Shown here: positions 19,001 to 28,826 of the stretch, one piece after another | Numbering within the stretch: the stretch's first letter is position 1 | Layout of the letters: every line of letters starts with the position of its first letter | Assembly (NCBI GenBank): GCA_052325425.1 | Contig: JBKQUY010000025.1 | Span: 1,321 to 65,320, forward strand | From: Bacteroidia bacterium | GTDB lineage: Bacteria > Bacteroidota > Bacteroidia > JABEUT01 | Reading direction: 5' to 3' | Length of the DNA stretch: 64,000 nt | Position numbers and translations under genes: made by a program | The notes under the pieces: model-generated | What the model was told of the DNA's origin: nothing | Databases searched by the model: none | Seen by the model: the letters and a program-made list of their open reading frames with translations, nothing else

Positions 19001-20438
19001 GGCAAGTATTACAGCCGCCCCAGGCATCAGCACTACCTATACTGTTACAGGTACAAACGCATGCGGAGATAACCAGGCAATTGCAGCGGTGACGGTGAAT
19101 ACTACGCCGACAGTTGGCGTTTCTGCTTCATCTTCAACAATATGCCAGGGCAATTCATCAACACTTACTGCCAGTGGAGCAACAACCTATTCATGGTCAC
19201 CCGCAACCGGTTTAAACGTTTCGACAGGAGCAAGTGTAACCGCCAGTCCTGCTTCCACTACTACCTATACTTTAACCGGTACATCAAACGGTTGCTCCGA
19301 TGCGGCGACAATATCTTTAACCGTAAAACCGGCAACAGTAAACCCGGGGCCCGATACCAGTGTTAGCTGCGGTAGCAAATTGCAATTAAATGTAACCTGC
19401 AATCCACCCTCTCCAACCCTGGTGGTATGGTCTCCTTCTACTTATCTGAACAATTCCAATATACCTGACCCGGTATGCTCACTCACCGGCAGCGGCAATA
19501 TTACCTATACAGTAACTGCAGCGTTAAGTAACGGGTGTACTGCCAATGATACTATAACAGTGAGCCGCAAACCTGCGGATACTCATATAACCCTATGCGA
19601 AGTTTCGGCAGATACAGGTTCAAATTATAATATTATAGTTTGGGATACTGCAACCTTGAGGCATGCAGACAGCATAAGAATATATTATCTGAACAGTTCA
19701 TCGAAATGGGCTTGCCTCAGCGTGAGGCCATATAGGGGAAATGAGTATTATGTTGATTCTTTGAATAAACCCGATAAGGCTACTGTAAGATATAAATTAG
19801 TATCGGTTGATTCATGCGGAGATACCCTTTCAAGCCTCTGGCATAACACCATGTGGATACAAAATAATTCCGGTACATTTCAGTGGTCGGGTACCGGATA
19901 CCAGATGGAAGGTAATTCAGCGCCTGTAACAACATATATTTTATACCGCGATACGTTAAGTAATGGCCATTGGGATTCGATAAACTCAGTCAGCGGCACT
20001 CAAAATATTATGGCTGACCCTGATTATGCCAATTATCCTAAAGGCAGGTGGAGAGTTGTGGCTATATTAAATATCCCGGGTTGCCCATTGCCTGATTTAA
20101 GGCCCGATGCAATAAATAACACTACAACGCGAAGCAATACCCAGCACAATAACATTTTTACAGGTACATCAACCTTAGCTTCAACCCCAAATTCAATATC
20201 TGTTTATCCGAATCCTGCCGGCCAAACTTTGAATATTAAATTCAGTTATGCAAAAGCAGAGGATGCAAGGATAAGTATAGTTGATGTTACAGGAAGAGAA
20301 ATTTATTCAATTGAGAATTATCAAATTACCAAATCATCAAATCATCAAATTGACATTAGTGCTCTATCAACCGGAATATATTTTGTAAAGGTAGTAACCA
20401 ATACATCATCGCAGGTGGTGAAATTTGTGAAGTTGTAA
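16062..20438 (+). CDS. giant T9SS-secreted adhesin-like protein (Gly-rich N-domain + ~17 Cys-containing Ig-like repeats + T9SS C-terminal sorting domain)
   Basis: Signal peptide. Gly-rich N-terminal region (WTVPADVTQITITASGAAGA...GGGGG). Repeats of about 80 aa with C.G.S.TLTASG..Y.W...TTTYTVTG. C-terminus VYPNPAGQTLNIKF...GIYFVKVV is a type-A Por/T9SS CTD. Confidence 0.8.
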   Translation: MKNDLFLSALSRQIKTILAMTGFSVFTFSIACAQTNVSYSYTGSLQTWTVPADVTQITITASGAAGAYLSGGGGGSCNGGNGAVITNVTVTVVPGHTLNILVGGQPAAGGNASGGGGGTYIWDASNTSTPLVVAGGGGGSGYGASGGAPGSTTTTPTVGGGLGSGTAGTGGNGGTAGNGTGYACAGAGGAGFASSGSNGGTGSFVNASSPAAGGGICPIASTTPGAGGTSGCNGQAGGYGGGGGACFSGGGGGGYNGGAGGNTSNTWSTGGGGGGGSCVNGANPPSGSVAATNTGNGSVTISYVPTCTVSISPTSVTVCPGSSVTLTASGGSYYSWNGGSTTANASITVTPNTTTTYSVTGWDGSGCSDTATRTVIVNPAPVATLTMNPSSICSGSSTTLYAGESGSTAAPYTYTWQATSNPVPGTNTTNQASYSVSVSPTITDTYTLTVTDNNGCLGNSNVTITVYPNPVASLSASPNSICNGSSTTLTAGESGDNALPLSYQWSATANPPASNNNANVFSYTVSVSPTTTDAYSLTVTDANGCKDTISTKVIVNALPTITISPNPASICSGSSITLTASGGSYYSWNGGGTTSTPGLIVTPSTTTTYTVEGWNGNGCSNTVQSTVTVNSNPSLSVGSGISICTGNSGSLSASATGGKTPYSYMWLPGYIATSSPSVSPTSTTTYSVYVTDANGCKDNNADSTQVVTVNSTPTVAITPSPSNATICAGSSATLTASGGVTYLWNTGATTSSISVSPTINATYTVTGTNSEGCSSTATQSITINSLPSVSASATSLTICYGNSTTLTSSGAATYEWISPFGFLSSSQDQSVSPTSTTTYTVVGTSTQGCQGTQQTVTISVTPLPAVTVNPSPATVCLGNPVALSASGSASYTWSPSTGLNATTGASVSANPTAATTYTVTGSNSCGSHDTTVSVVLGLLPTVSASASPATICTGNSTNLTAGGATSYTWSPSSGLSVTTGASITAAPGISTTYTVTGTNACGDNQAIAAVTVNTTPTVGVSASSSTICQGNSSTLTASGATTYSWSPATGLNVSTGASVTASPASTTTYTLTGTSNGCSDAATISLTVKPATVNPGPDTSVSCGSKLQLNVTCNPPSPTLVVWSPSTYLNNSNIPDPVCSLTGSGNITYTVTAALSNGCTANDTITVSRKPADTHITLCEVSADTGSNYNIIVWDTATLRHADSIRIYYLNSSSKWACLSVRPYRGNEYYVDSLNKPDKATVRYKLVSVDSCGDTLSSLWHNTMWIQNNSGTFQWSGTGYQMEGNSAPVTTYILYRDTLSNGHWDSINSVSGTQNIMADPDYANYPKGRWRVVAILNIPGCPLPDLRPDAINNTTTRSNTQHNNIFTGTSTLASTPNSISVYPNPAGQTLNIKFSYAKAEDARISIVDVTGREIYSIENYQITKSSNHQIDISALSTGIYFVKVVTNTSSQVVKFVKL

Positions 20439-20718
20439 ATCCCGACATTTATCGTCGGGGAGTAAATCCAGATTAATTGTCGGAACAACAGGCATTGGTT
20501 TTGATTTGTTATTGCAGGGCGATAGCGGCTTATTTATCAGGCATTGCGGTGGAATGAATATTTGTTTTAAACTGACTGTCAGAGTCAATCTGTTTATTCC
20601 GATAAATATCAATCATATTTCGGCTAAAAAAGTTATTTCATTTTAGGGTAATTGTAAATAATAATATACATTTGATAATTAATACTTATCGCGGTATTGA
20701 AATTTTAAAACTATTACC

Positions 20719-23229
20719 ATGAAAAAAATTACATTGTTTTTTTTCCTGCTTATAGCCTGCAATGCTTTTGCCCAGGTAAACTCCATACCCAATGGTGAAT
20801 TTGAAAGCTGGACAAATCTTAACTGGATGGACCCTGTTAATTGGTGGTCCCTTAATGACACCTATGGCCCTAATGGACAGGGCAACTATACGAATACTGT
20901 TATAAGGAGTACTGATGCCTATCATGGCAAATATGCAGCACAATTGGAATCTATAAACTTTGGCCCTGACACTATTCCGGGTATGATTGGGTTGGGAATT
21001 GTTGGAGGAAGTCCGGTTGGGATTCCTATCAGCGAGGCTCCCACCGGAATAAGGCTATATTATACCTATAGCAGGACAGCACCCGACAGCGCTGCAATTG
21101 AGGTTGAATTTAAAAAAGCAGGCAGCGTTATTGGCATTTATTTATATAAAATATCGAACACAACTAACAGCTATCTCCTTTTTTCCCAAATGTTTTCTCC
21201 GGCTTTGTCGCAAACTCCTGATACCGTTTTATTTACAGCCTTTTCAACAACAAGATTGTTTTATTCAAAGGGATTTAAAAACGCGATTGGGTGGTGTTGG
21301 GCCCCGGGTAGCACATTTCAAATTGACAGTCTTTCTTTTACTGGCCTGGCAAGCCAACCTGCCGGTTTAAATGGCGATTTTGAACAATGGAATGCTGATA
21401 CAAACTGGATTGGCCCGGTTGATTGGAACGAACAAGAGGGATTCAGCTTAGCACGAACTACAGATGCCGTTTCGGGATTCGCAGCAGAATTAGGAACGAC
21501 ACTAACCAGTTGCACATCTTGTGTTGGACCGCAGTTCACAAAAATCAGAACAGGTAATGAAGGTGGTTCAGGTGATAATGGAGGTTATCCTTACACTAAC
21601 ACAATAGACACACTTGAGTTTTATTACAAATATGCCCCGTCATCAGGTAACCCCCTTGACTCAGGAGCAGTTTCTTTAGATTTTCATAACAGCACTGCTA
21701 ATAATCAATACTATATCATAACTCTTGGCGCTTCGGCTGTTTATAAGAAAGTAGATTATCCAATATCTATATCCGGCTTTACACCAGATAGTGTTGCAGT
21801 AGGCATTCAATCATCTTACTGTAATTCCTGCAGCAGCTTACCAATGGGTGATACCGGTTCTGTTATCAAAGTAGATAATATTCATTTCAAATCACAACAA
21901 CATCTTTCTGTATCACCTGCTGTTGCTTCTATCTGTGCAGGTACTGGAGGCGTTACTCTTGTTGCCGACGGAGAAACAAGTTATACCTGGGCGCCGGCTA
22001 CCGGCCTTAGCTGCACAAATTGTTCGGACCCTGTCGCTAACCCCTTATCTACAACTACCTATACTGTTACTGGCACTACAGGAACTTCACACAGCATAGT
22101 AAATGTAACAGTAACTATTAAGCAGTCCAGTGTGAAAATACCGCGCGACACATCTGTTTCCTGCGGAAAAAGCCTGCAGTTAAACGCAGTCTGCAATCCT
22201 TTATCACCAACAAGCGTAGTATGGAGCCCTTCGACTTATTTAAGCAGTACCAGCATAGTAAACCCTATTTGCACACCGACCTCTACTGTAACTTATACTT
22301 TAACAGTTGACTTAAATAACGGTTGCGTGGTTACTGATACTGTTACCGTGCAGAATAACCCTTTGGCAAGTATTTGTATAGTAACGGTAGATACCGGGTC
22401 AGACCATAATATAATAGTCTGGGACAACACCGGGTTAGCCCACATAGACAGTTTTAAAATCTATTACCAGAATTCCGCTTCGCTTTGGCAATTAATCAAA
22501 GCAGTGCCATTTTCCGCGCCCAATTATATAATTGATAGCACGCCTATAAATGATCCCAATGCCAATACGGTAAGGTATTGTTTAACAGCCAAAGATTCAT
22601 GCGGCGGTGAAGAACCAATTTCATCAAGCTCCTGGCAAAACACCCCATTTATTATTGGCAATGGGTCAGGAACTTTTAGCTGGGGTGGAACCGCGTATTT
22701 AGTTGAGGGTTCAGCACAGCCTGTGCGAACATACCGTTTGTTCAGGGACACATTAAGAAATGGCCATTGGCAGGCAATAGATTCGGTAGCTGGGAACCAA
22801 TACCAAATGACGGACCCGAATTATGCAATGTATCCCAAAGCAAGGTATCGTGTTGATGGGGAATTATTTAACGGTGGCTGCCCTTATAATGGTGATTTAA
22901 GGCCTTATGCCATCAACAATACAACAACCCGCAGCAATACGCAACATAATACAATAATAGGGGCAGTAAAACAAATTGTAAATCCTGCTGATGCTATATC
23001 AGTATATCCTAATCCTGCCGGGCAAACTTTGAATATTAAATTCAGTTATGCAAAAGCAGAGGATGCAAGGATAAGCATAGTGGATGTTACAGGAAGGGAA
23101 GTGTATTCTGAATTGTCAATGGTGAATGGTGAATTGTCAATGAATATAGCTAACTTATCAACCGGAATATATTTTGTTAGGGTAGTAACCAATACATCAT
23201 CGCAGGTGGTGAAATTTGTGAAGTTGTAA
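20719..23229 (+). CDS. T9SS-secreted protein, paralog of the preceding gene (shared C-terminal ~350 aa region + T9SS CTD)
   Basis: Signal peptide. The C-terminal half aligns with 16062..20438 (SVSCGKSLQLNAVCNPLSP... vs SVSCGSKLQLNVTCNPPSP...). The final about 90 nt and the post-stop hairpin are near-identical at the DNA level. Confidence 0.8.
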   Translation: MKKITLFFFLLIACNAFAQVNSIPNGEFESWTNLNWMDPVNWWSLNDTYGPNGQGNYTNTVIRSTDAYHGKYAAQLESINFGPDTIPGMIGLGIVGGSPVGIPISEAPTGIRLYYTYSRTAPDSAAIEVEFKKAGSVIGIYLYKISNTTNSYLLFSQMFSPALSQTPDTVLFTAFSTTRLFYSKGFKNAIGWCWAPGSTFQIDSLSFTGLASQPAGLNGDFEQWNADTNWIGPVDWNEQEGFSLARTTDAVSGFAAELGTTLTSCTSCVGPQFTKIRTGNEGGSGDNGGYPYTNTIDTLEFYYKYAPSSGNPLDSGAVSLDFHNSTANNQYYIITLGASAVYKKVDYPISISGFTPDSVAVGIQSSYCNSCSSLPMGDTGSVIKVDNIHFKSQQHLSVSPAVASICAGTGGVTLVADGETSYTWAPATGLSCTNCSDPVANPLSTTTYTVTGTTGTSHSIVNVTVTIKQSSVKIPRDTSVSCGKSLQLNAVCNPLSPTSVVWSPSTYLSSTSIVNPICTPTSTVTYTLTVDLNNGCVVTDTVTVQNNPLASICIVTVDTGSDHNIIVWDNTGLAHIDSFKIYYQNSASLWQLIKAVPFSAPNYIIDSTPINDPNANTVRYCLTAKDSCGGEEPISSSSWQNTPFIIGNGSGTFSWGGTAYLVEGSAQPVRTYRLFRDTLRNGHWQAIDSVAGNQYQMTDPNYAMYPKARYRVDGELFNGGCPYNGDLRPYAINNTTTRSNTQHNTIIGAVKQIVNPADAISVYPNPAGQTLNIKFSYAKAEDARISIVDVTGREVYSELSMVNGELSMNIANLSTGIYFVRVVTNTSSQVVKFVKL

Positions 23230-23669
23230 ATCCCGACATTTATCGTCGGGGAATAGACATTGATTTGATAATTTGATGATGTGCTGATTTGATGATTACC
23301 AAATCCCTCCTGTTCTTTTTCGCGCTCGTTAATAATATTTCAACTTTTTGTGCATTCCCAGCAATTCTACGGGATTAGCAAATGAATAGTTGATAAAATG
23401 TTTTATGATTTGCTTAATATTTTAAATAAAATGTTTATATTTGCAGTGAATAAACCTGTGGTTTATTCAAATTAAGAATTAAGAGTGAAGAACTAAGAAC
23501 AAAAAATCACTATAGTATTCATTTAAACTCTGTGAAACTCAGCAGGCTGTTTGTTCTGCGACCTCTGCGTGAAATGCTTTTAACCAATCTCTCCGAGAGG
23601 GGGGGAGGGGCAGGGTAGACATAACAAAATGAGTAAACTATTGATAATCAAATAAATGGAAAAAAGCCT

Positions 23670-23835
23670 TATGCCAAATAGTGCCAAAAGATGCCAAATC
23701 ATGCCAAAAAGCGCCAAGTGTTAAAATAAAGATGCCAAAGAATGCCAAATTTTAAGTTAAAAGTGAATAGTGAAAAACAAAAAAGAAAGCGGGGGGACAT
23801 AAAATGCCAATGTCATGACAAAAGATGCCAAAATC
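23670..23835. repeat. cluster of ~10 direct nATGCCAAA 9-mer repeats (iteron-like)
   Basis: tatgccaaa, agtgccaaa, gatgccaaa, catgccaaa, agcgccaag, gatgccaaa, aatgccaaa, aatgccaat, catgacaaa, gatgccaaa spaced about 10-11 bp apart. Confidence 0.7.
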
Positions 23836-24288
23836 AATTACGAATGAAAAAACCTTTTTGGACTCCCGATAAAACATGATGTCGGGATTGCAGTGTTTTT
23901 AGGGAAGCAACTTTGCGTAAACCTTTGCGCACTTTGCGAGAAAATGAAATTATGAATAAAAATTTCTGTGAATCTGTGGCTGAAATGAAAAATAATTCGT
24001 GTAATTCGTGTCTCCAAAACATAATAAACTCATTGCAAAAGTATGCAAAAAGTATGCAATTATAAAACATTGTAAATGAGGGTTTTGCAAAAAGCCACCC
24101 CCTCAAAATAGACAAAAAAAGACAAGAATGGACAAAAATTGCATATTTCCCCAATAAACAGAAAAAGGGGTATATGACAATTTAACATTTTTTGTCAGAC
24201 AAAAATCACCAAAACATGACACGAAAGCTTACATTTGGCATCCCAAAAAAATGGCACGGAATTTGAAAGAAGGGAATCGAACAAAAAA

Positions 24289-24394
24289 CAATTTGATAAT
24301 TTGATGATTTGGAGATTTGATGATGAAAAAGGCAATATATATTGAGCTATTTGTTATTCAATTACCAAATTATCAAACTACCAAATCATCAAAT
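24289..24394. promoter_or_regulatory. ~105-bp palindromic (TTTGATGAT)n ... (ATCAAAT)n element ending 30 bp upstream of groES start; candidate heat-shock operator/5'-UTR structure
   Basis: Left arm caatttgataatttgatgatttggagatttgatgatg. Centre aaaaaggcaat.... Right arm ccaaattatcaaactaccaaatcatcaaatt (reverse complement of the left-arm family). Confidence 0.5.
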
Positions 24395-24424
24395 TAAATT
24401 AGTAACCTTTAAATCTAAAAAATC

Positions 24425-24712
24425 ATGGCAAAAAAAGTAAATTTTGTTCCTCAGGGCGACCGGGTACTGGTTGAAGCTGCTGAGGCAGAGAGCAAAACAA
24501 CAGGTGGTATTATTATACCTGATACAGCAAAAGAAAAACCCCAAAAGGGAATTGTAGTAGCCGTAGGCCCGGGTAAGAAAAAAGATGAGCCTGTAACCCT
24601 GAAAGTAGGTGATAAAGTGCTTTATGGCAAGTATTCGGGCACTGAAATTGGCATTGATGGGAAAGAATACCTCATCATGCGCCAGGATGATGTTTTAGGA
24701 TATTTCGAATAA
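24425..24712 (+). CDS. groES: co-chaperonin GroES
   Basis: 95 aa. [29 protein letters not shown]...YGKYSGTEI matches Hsp10. Confidence 0.95.
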   Translation: MAKKVNFVPQGDRVLVEAAEAESKTTGGIIIPDTAKEKPQKGIVVAVGPGKKKDEPVTLKVGDKVLYGKYSGTEIGIDGKEYLIMRQDDVLGYFE

Positions 24713-24719
24713 AAACAAA

Positions 24720-24807
24720 CCAATTTGATGATTTGATGATGTGCCAATTTGATGATAAAAAGGCATTTTCCATTATCAAATTATCAAATGGACTAATTAT
24801 CAAATTA
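24720..24807. promoter_or_regulatory. second copy of the palindromic TTTGATGAT/ATCAAAT element, ending 28 bp upstream of groEL start
   Basis: ccaatttgatgatttgatgatgtgccaatttgatgat, then aaaaaggcatt, then atcaaattatcaaatggactaattatcaaatt. Same architecture and same centre as the groES copy. Confidence 0.5.
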
Positions 24808-24816
24808 AATCAATAA

Positions 24817-26469
<1,653 letters not shown>

Positions 26470-26492
26470 AATAGGCCCTAATCCTTAATATA

Positions 26493-26527
26493 AAACCCCT
26501 GACAGAAAATCGTCAGGGGTTTTATTT
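26493..26527 (+). terminator. rho-independent terminator of groESL
   Basis: aaaaCCCCTGACagaaaatcGTCAGGGGtttta. 8-bp GC stem followed by T-run. Confidence 0.8.
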
Positions 26528-26540
26528 ATACTGATAGTTT

Positions 26541-27527
26541 TTGAAAGTCCTGGTTATTCAAACAGCATTTATTGGCGATGTTATACTGGCAACACCAGTA
26601 TTGGAAAAGCTACATCAGCATTTCCCGGATGTGCAAATTGATTTTTTACTGCGCAAGGGCAATGAATCTCTTTTCACCGGCCATCCATACCTTAATAGAG
26701 TTATAGTTTGGGATAAAAAGTCCGGCAAATTTTCAGGCCTTATGAAGATTATTTCGCAGGTAAGAAAAGAGAAGTACGATAAAATAATAAACCTTCACCG
26801 CTTTGCGAGTTCCGGCTTAGTAACCTTATTTTCAGGTGCAAAAGAAAAAATAGGCTTTGACAAAAATCCTTTGTCATTCTGCTATACCGGTAAAATAAAG
26901 CATGTAATAGGCGATGGCAGGCACGAGGCAGAGAGGAACATTGAATTGGTTTCTGCATTTACCGATAATAAAATTATTCCTCCGAAACTGTATCCATTAA
27001 ATGCAGACTATGAGTTTGTAAAGCCTTACAAGTCTTTACCATATATATGTATAGCTCCTGCTTCAGTATGGTTTACCAAGCAGTATCCGCCAAATAAATG
27101 GGTTGAATTTATAAATAGCTTAAATGGCAAATTCCCGGTGTATCTGCTGGGTGCAGGAAGTGACAGGGAATTATGTGACAATATTATTAAATCATGTAAT
27201 GACAAGGAAGTGAAAAACCTTTCCGGCAATTTGTCTTTTCTTCAAACTGCTGCATTAATGAGGGATGCAAAGATGAATTACGTGAATGATTCAGCGCCAA
27301 TGCATATTGCTTCTGCTATGAATGCGCATGTAACTGCAATATTTTGTTCAACAATACCAGCTTTCGGGTTCGGGCCTTTATCAGCAAAGTCGTTTATTGT
27401 GGAGACAGATTTGACTTTAGATTGCCGCCCTTGCGGGTTGCATGGCCATAAAGAATGCCCTAACCGTCATTTTTTATGCGCTAACAGCATTAAAGCAGAA
27501 AAGCTTTTAAATGTGTTAGACGCCTGA
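26541..27527 (+). CDS. glycosyltransferase family 9 (LPS heptosyltransferase-like)
   Basis: N-terminus (M)KVLVIQTAFIGDVILATPVLEKL typical of GT9. TTG start is the first possible start after an in-frame stop. Confidence 0.75.
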   Translation: MKVLVIQTAFIGDVILATPVLEKLHQHFPDVQIDFLLRKGNESLFTGHPYLNRVIVWDKKSGKFSGLMKIISQVRKEKYDKIINLHRFASSGLVTLFSGAKEKIGFDKNPLSFCYTGKIKHVIGDGRHEAERNIELVSAFTDNKIIPPKLYPLNADYEFVKPYKSLPYICIAPASVWFTKQYPPNKWVEFINSLNGKFPVYLLGAGSDRELCDNIIKSCNDKEVKNLSGNLSFLQTAALMRDAKMNYVNDSAPMHIASAMNAHVTAIFCSTIPAFGFGPLSAKSFIVETDLTLDCRPCGLHGHKECPNRHFLCANSIKAEKLLNVLDA

Positions 27528-27531
27528 ACAA

Positions 27532-28245
27532 TTATCTGCCAATGAGGAAAACTGCAGGATGGTCATTGAAATTGCGCTTTTCAGCGCGCCATTCCCTGAC
27601 AGTCATAGTATGAATGTATTCGGCTGGCAGGGTAATATCCAGGGCTAAGCAGAGTAATGTTTCTGGCCTGCAGGTATTGAGTATATCCTGGAACAGGGCA
27701 TCATTTCGGTAAGGAGTTTCTATAAAAATCTGGGTTTGATTCTCTTTATAAACTAACGCTTCAAGTTGCCTTATTTTATTTCCTCTTTCAGGTTGGCGTT
27801 TGGGCAAATAACCATGAAATGAAAAACATTGTCCATTTAATCCCGAGGAAATAAGCGCGAGAAGTATGGATGATGGGCCGATGAGAGGTACAACTTTTAT
27901 AGTATGCTTGTGTGCCAGCCTCACAACTTCCGCGCCAGGATCTGCTATTCCCGGGCAACCGGCATCAGATAGAAGTCCGGCATTCCTGCCTTTCAGCAAA
28001 CCATCAAGGCACAATCTGAATTTATCAGGTGAAGTATGCTCATTTAGCAGATGAAAAGTAAGCGAATCAATCGGTTTACTTTTCATCTTAATTAAAAACC
28101 TGCGGGCACTGCGTATATCCTCAACAATAAATTCATCAAGAGATTGAATAACTTCCATATTAAAGACCGGAATGGAACGCTCAACCATTGAATCCCCTAA
28201 CAAGCTAGGGATAAGGTACAATGTGCCTTTTGATAAATTACTCAT
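27532..28245 (-). CDS. rsmI: 16S rRNA (cytidine1402-2'-O)-methyltransferase RsmI (tetrapyrrole-methylase fold)
   Basis: N-terminal GTLYLIPSLLGD motif. The ORF track has 20 extra N-terminal residues. ATG at 28243-28245 is preferred. Confidence 0.8.
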   Translation of the reverse strand: MSNLSKGTLYLIPSLLGDSMVERSIPVFNMEVIQSLDEFIVEDIRSARRFLIKMKSKPIDSLTFHLLNEHTSPDKFRLCLDGLLKGRNAGLLSDAGCPGIADPGAEVVRLAHKHTIKVVPLIGPSSILLALISSGLNGQCFSFHGYLPKRQPERGNKIRQLEALVYKENQTQIFIETPYRNDALFQDILNTCRPETLLCLALDITLPAEYIHTMTVREWRAEKRNFNDHPAVFLIGR

Positions 28246-28249
28246 TGAT

Positions 28250-28729
28250 TCAGGGCAGTTCTCCTTTTTTAATTTTATCTGCAATAATTGCAGTAGCCTT
28301 ATCAATTATATGATAGACTTTCTCAAATCCTTTTTCAGCACCATACCATGGGTCAGGGACTGAATCATTAGAGCCCGGATAGGCCGCATCAAGGAATAAT
28401 CTGACTTTATTTTTTTCTTTTTCACCCTCTGCCAATAACATAATATCAGCATAATTGGCGCTATCCATAACATAAACCCTGTCGAATTTTTCAAAATCAG
28501 AACTTTTAAATTGCCTTGCCCTGTTCGACGACAAATCAAGCCCATGAGTTGCGGCATTGGCAATAGTTCTGGCATCAGGTGCTTCTCCGGCATGTGTTGC
28601 CACGGTACCGGCAGAATCTACTTCAATACCCATTAAGTTTTTTTCTTCTAATTTCTTTATAAGCAGGAACTTTGCAAGCGGCGAACGGCATATATTGCCA
28701 TGGCAAACCATCAAAATCTTTTTATTCAT
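28250..28729 (-). CDS. low-molecular-weight protein-tyrosine phosphatase
   Basis: P-loop LMVCHGNICRSPLA (CX5R(S/T)) and DPWYG motif. Confidence 0.85.
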   Translation of the reverse strand: MNKKILMVCHGNICRSPLAKFLLIKKLEEKNLMGIEVDSAGTVATHAGEAPDARTIANAATHGLDLSSNRARQFKSSDFEKFDRVYVMDSANYADIMLLAEGEKEKNKVRLFLDAAYPGSNDSVPDPWYGAEKGFEKVYHIIDKATAIIADKIKKGELP

Positions 28730-28826
28730 AGTATTCTCAGTAATGCAAATGTATCAAATTAGGTTTTATGTGAAATAAAAAGAGAGGCTCACTGGCCTCT
28801 CCTTCTACCTATAGATTTAATATGTT

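Noticed and set aside
23834-24154. 106-aa minus-strand ORF inside the 1.2-kb repeat region
   Set aside because: The region is built from short direct repeats. The ORF has no RBS-like context or motif and is most likely non-coding.
24289-24807. CIRCE/HrcA operator upstream of groESL
   Set aside because: No TTAGCACTC-N9-GAGTGCTAA match is present. The palindromic element found is a different sequence family (reported as a finding instead).
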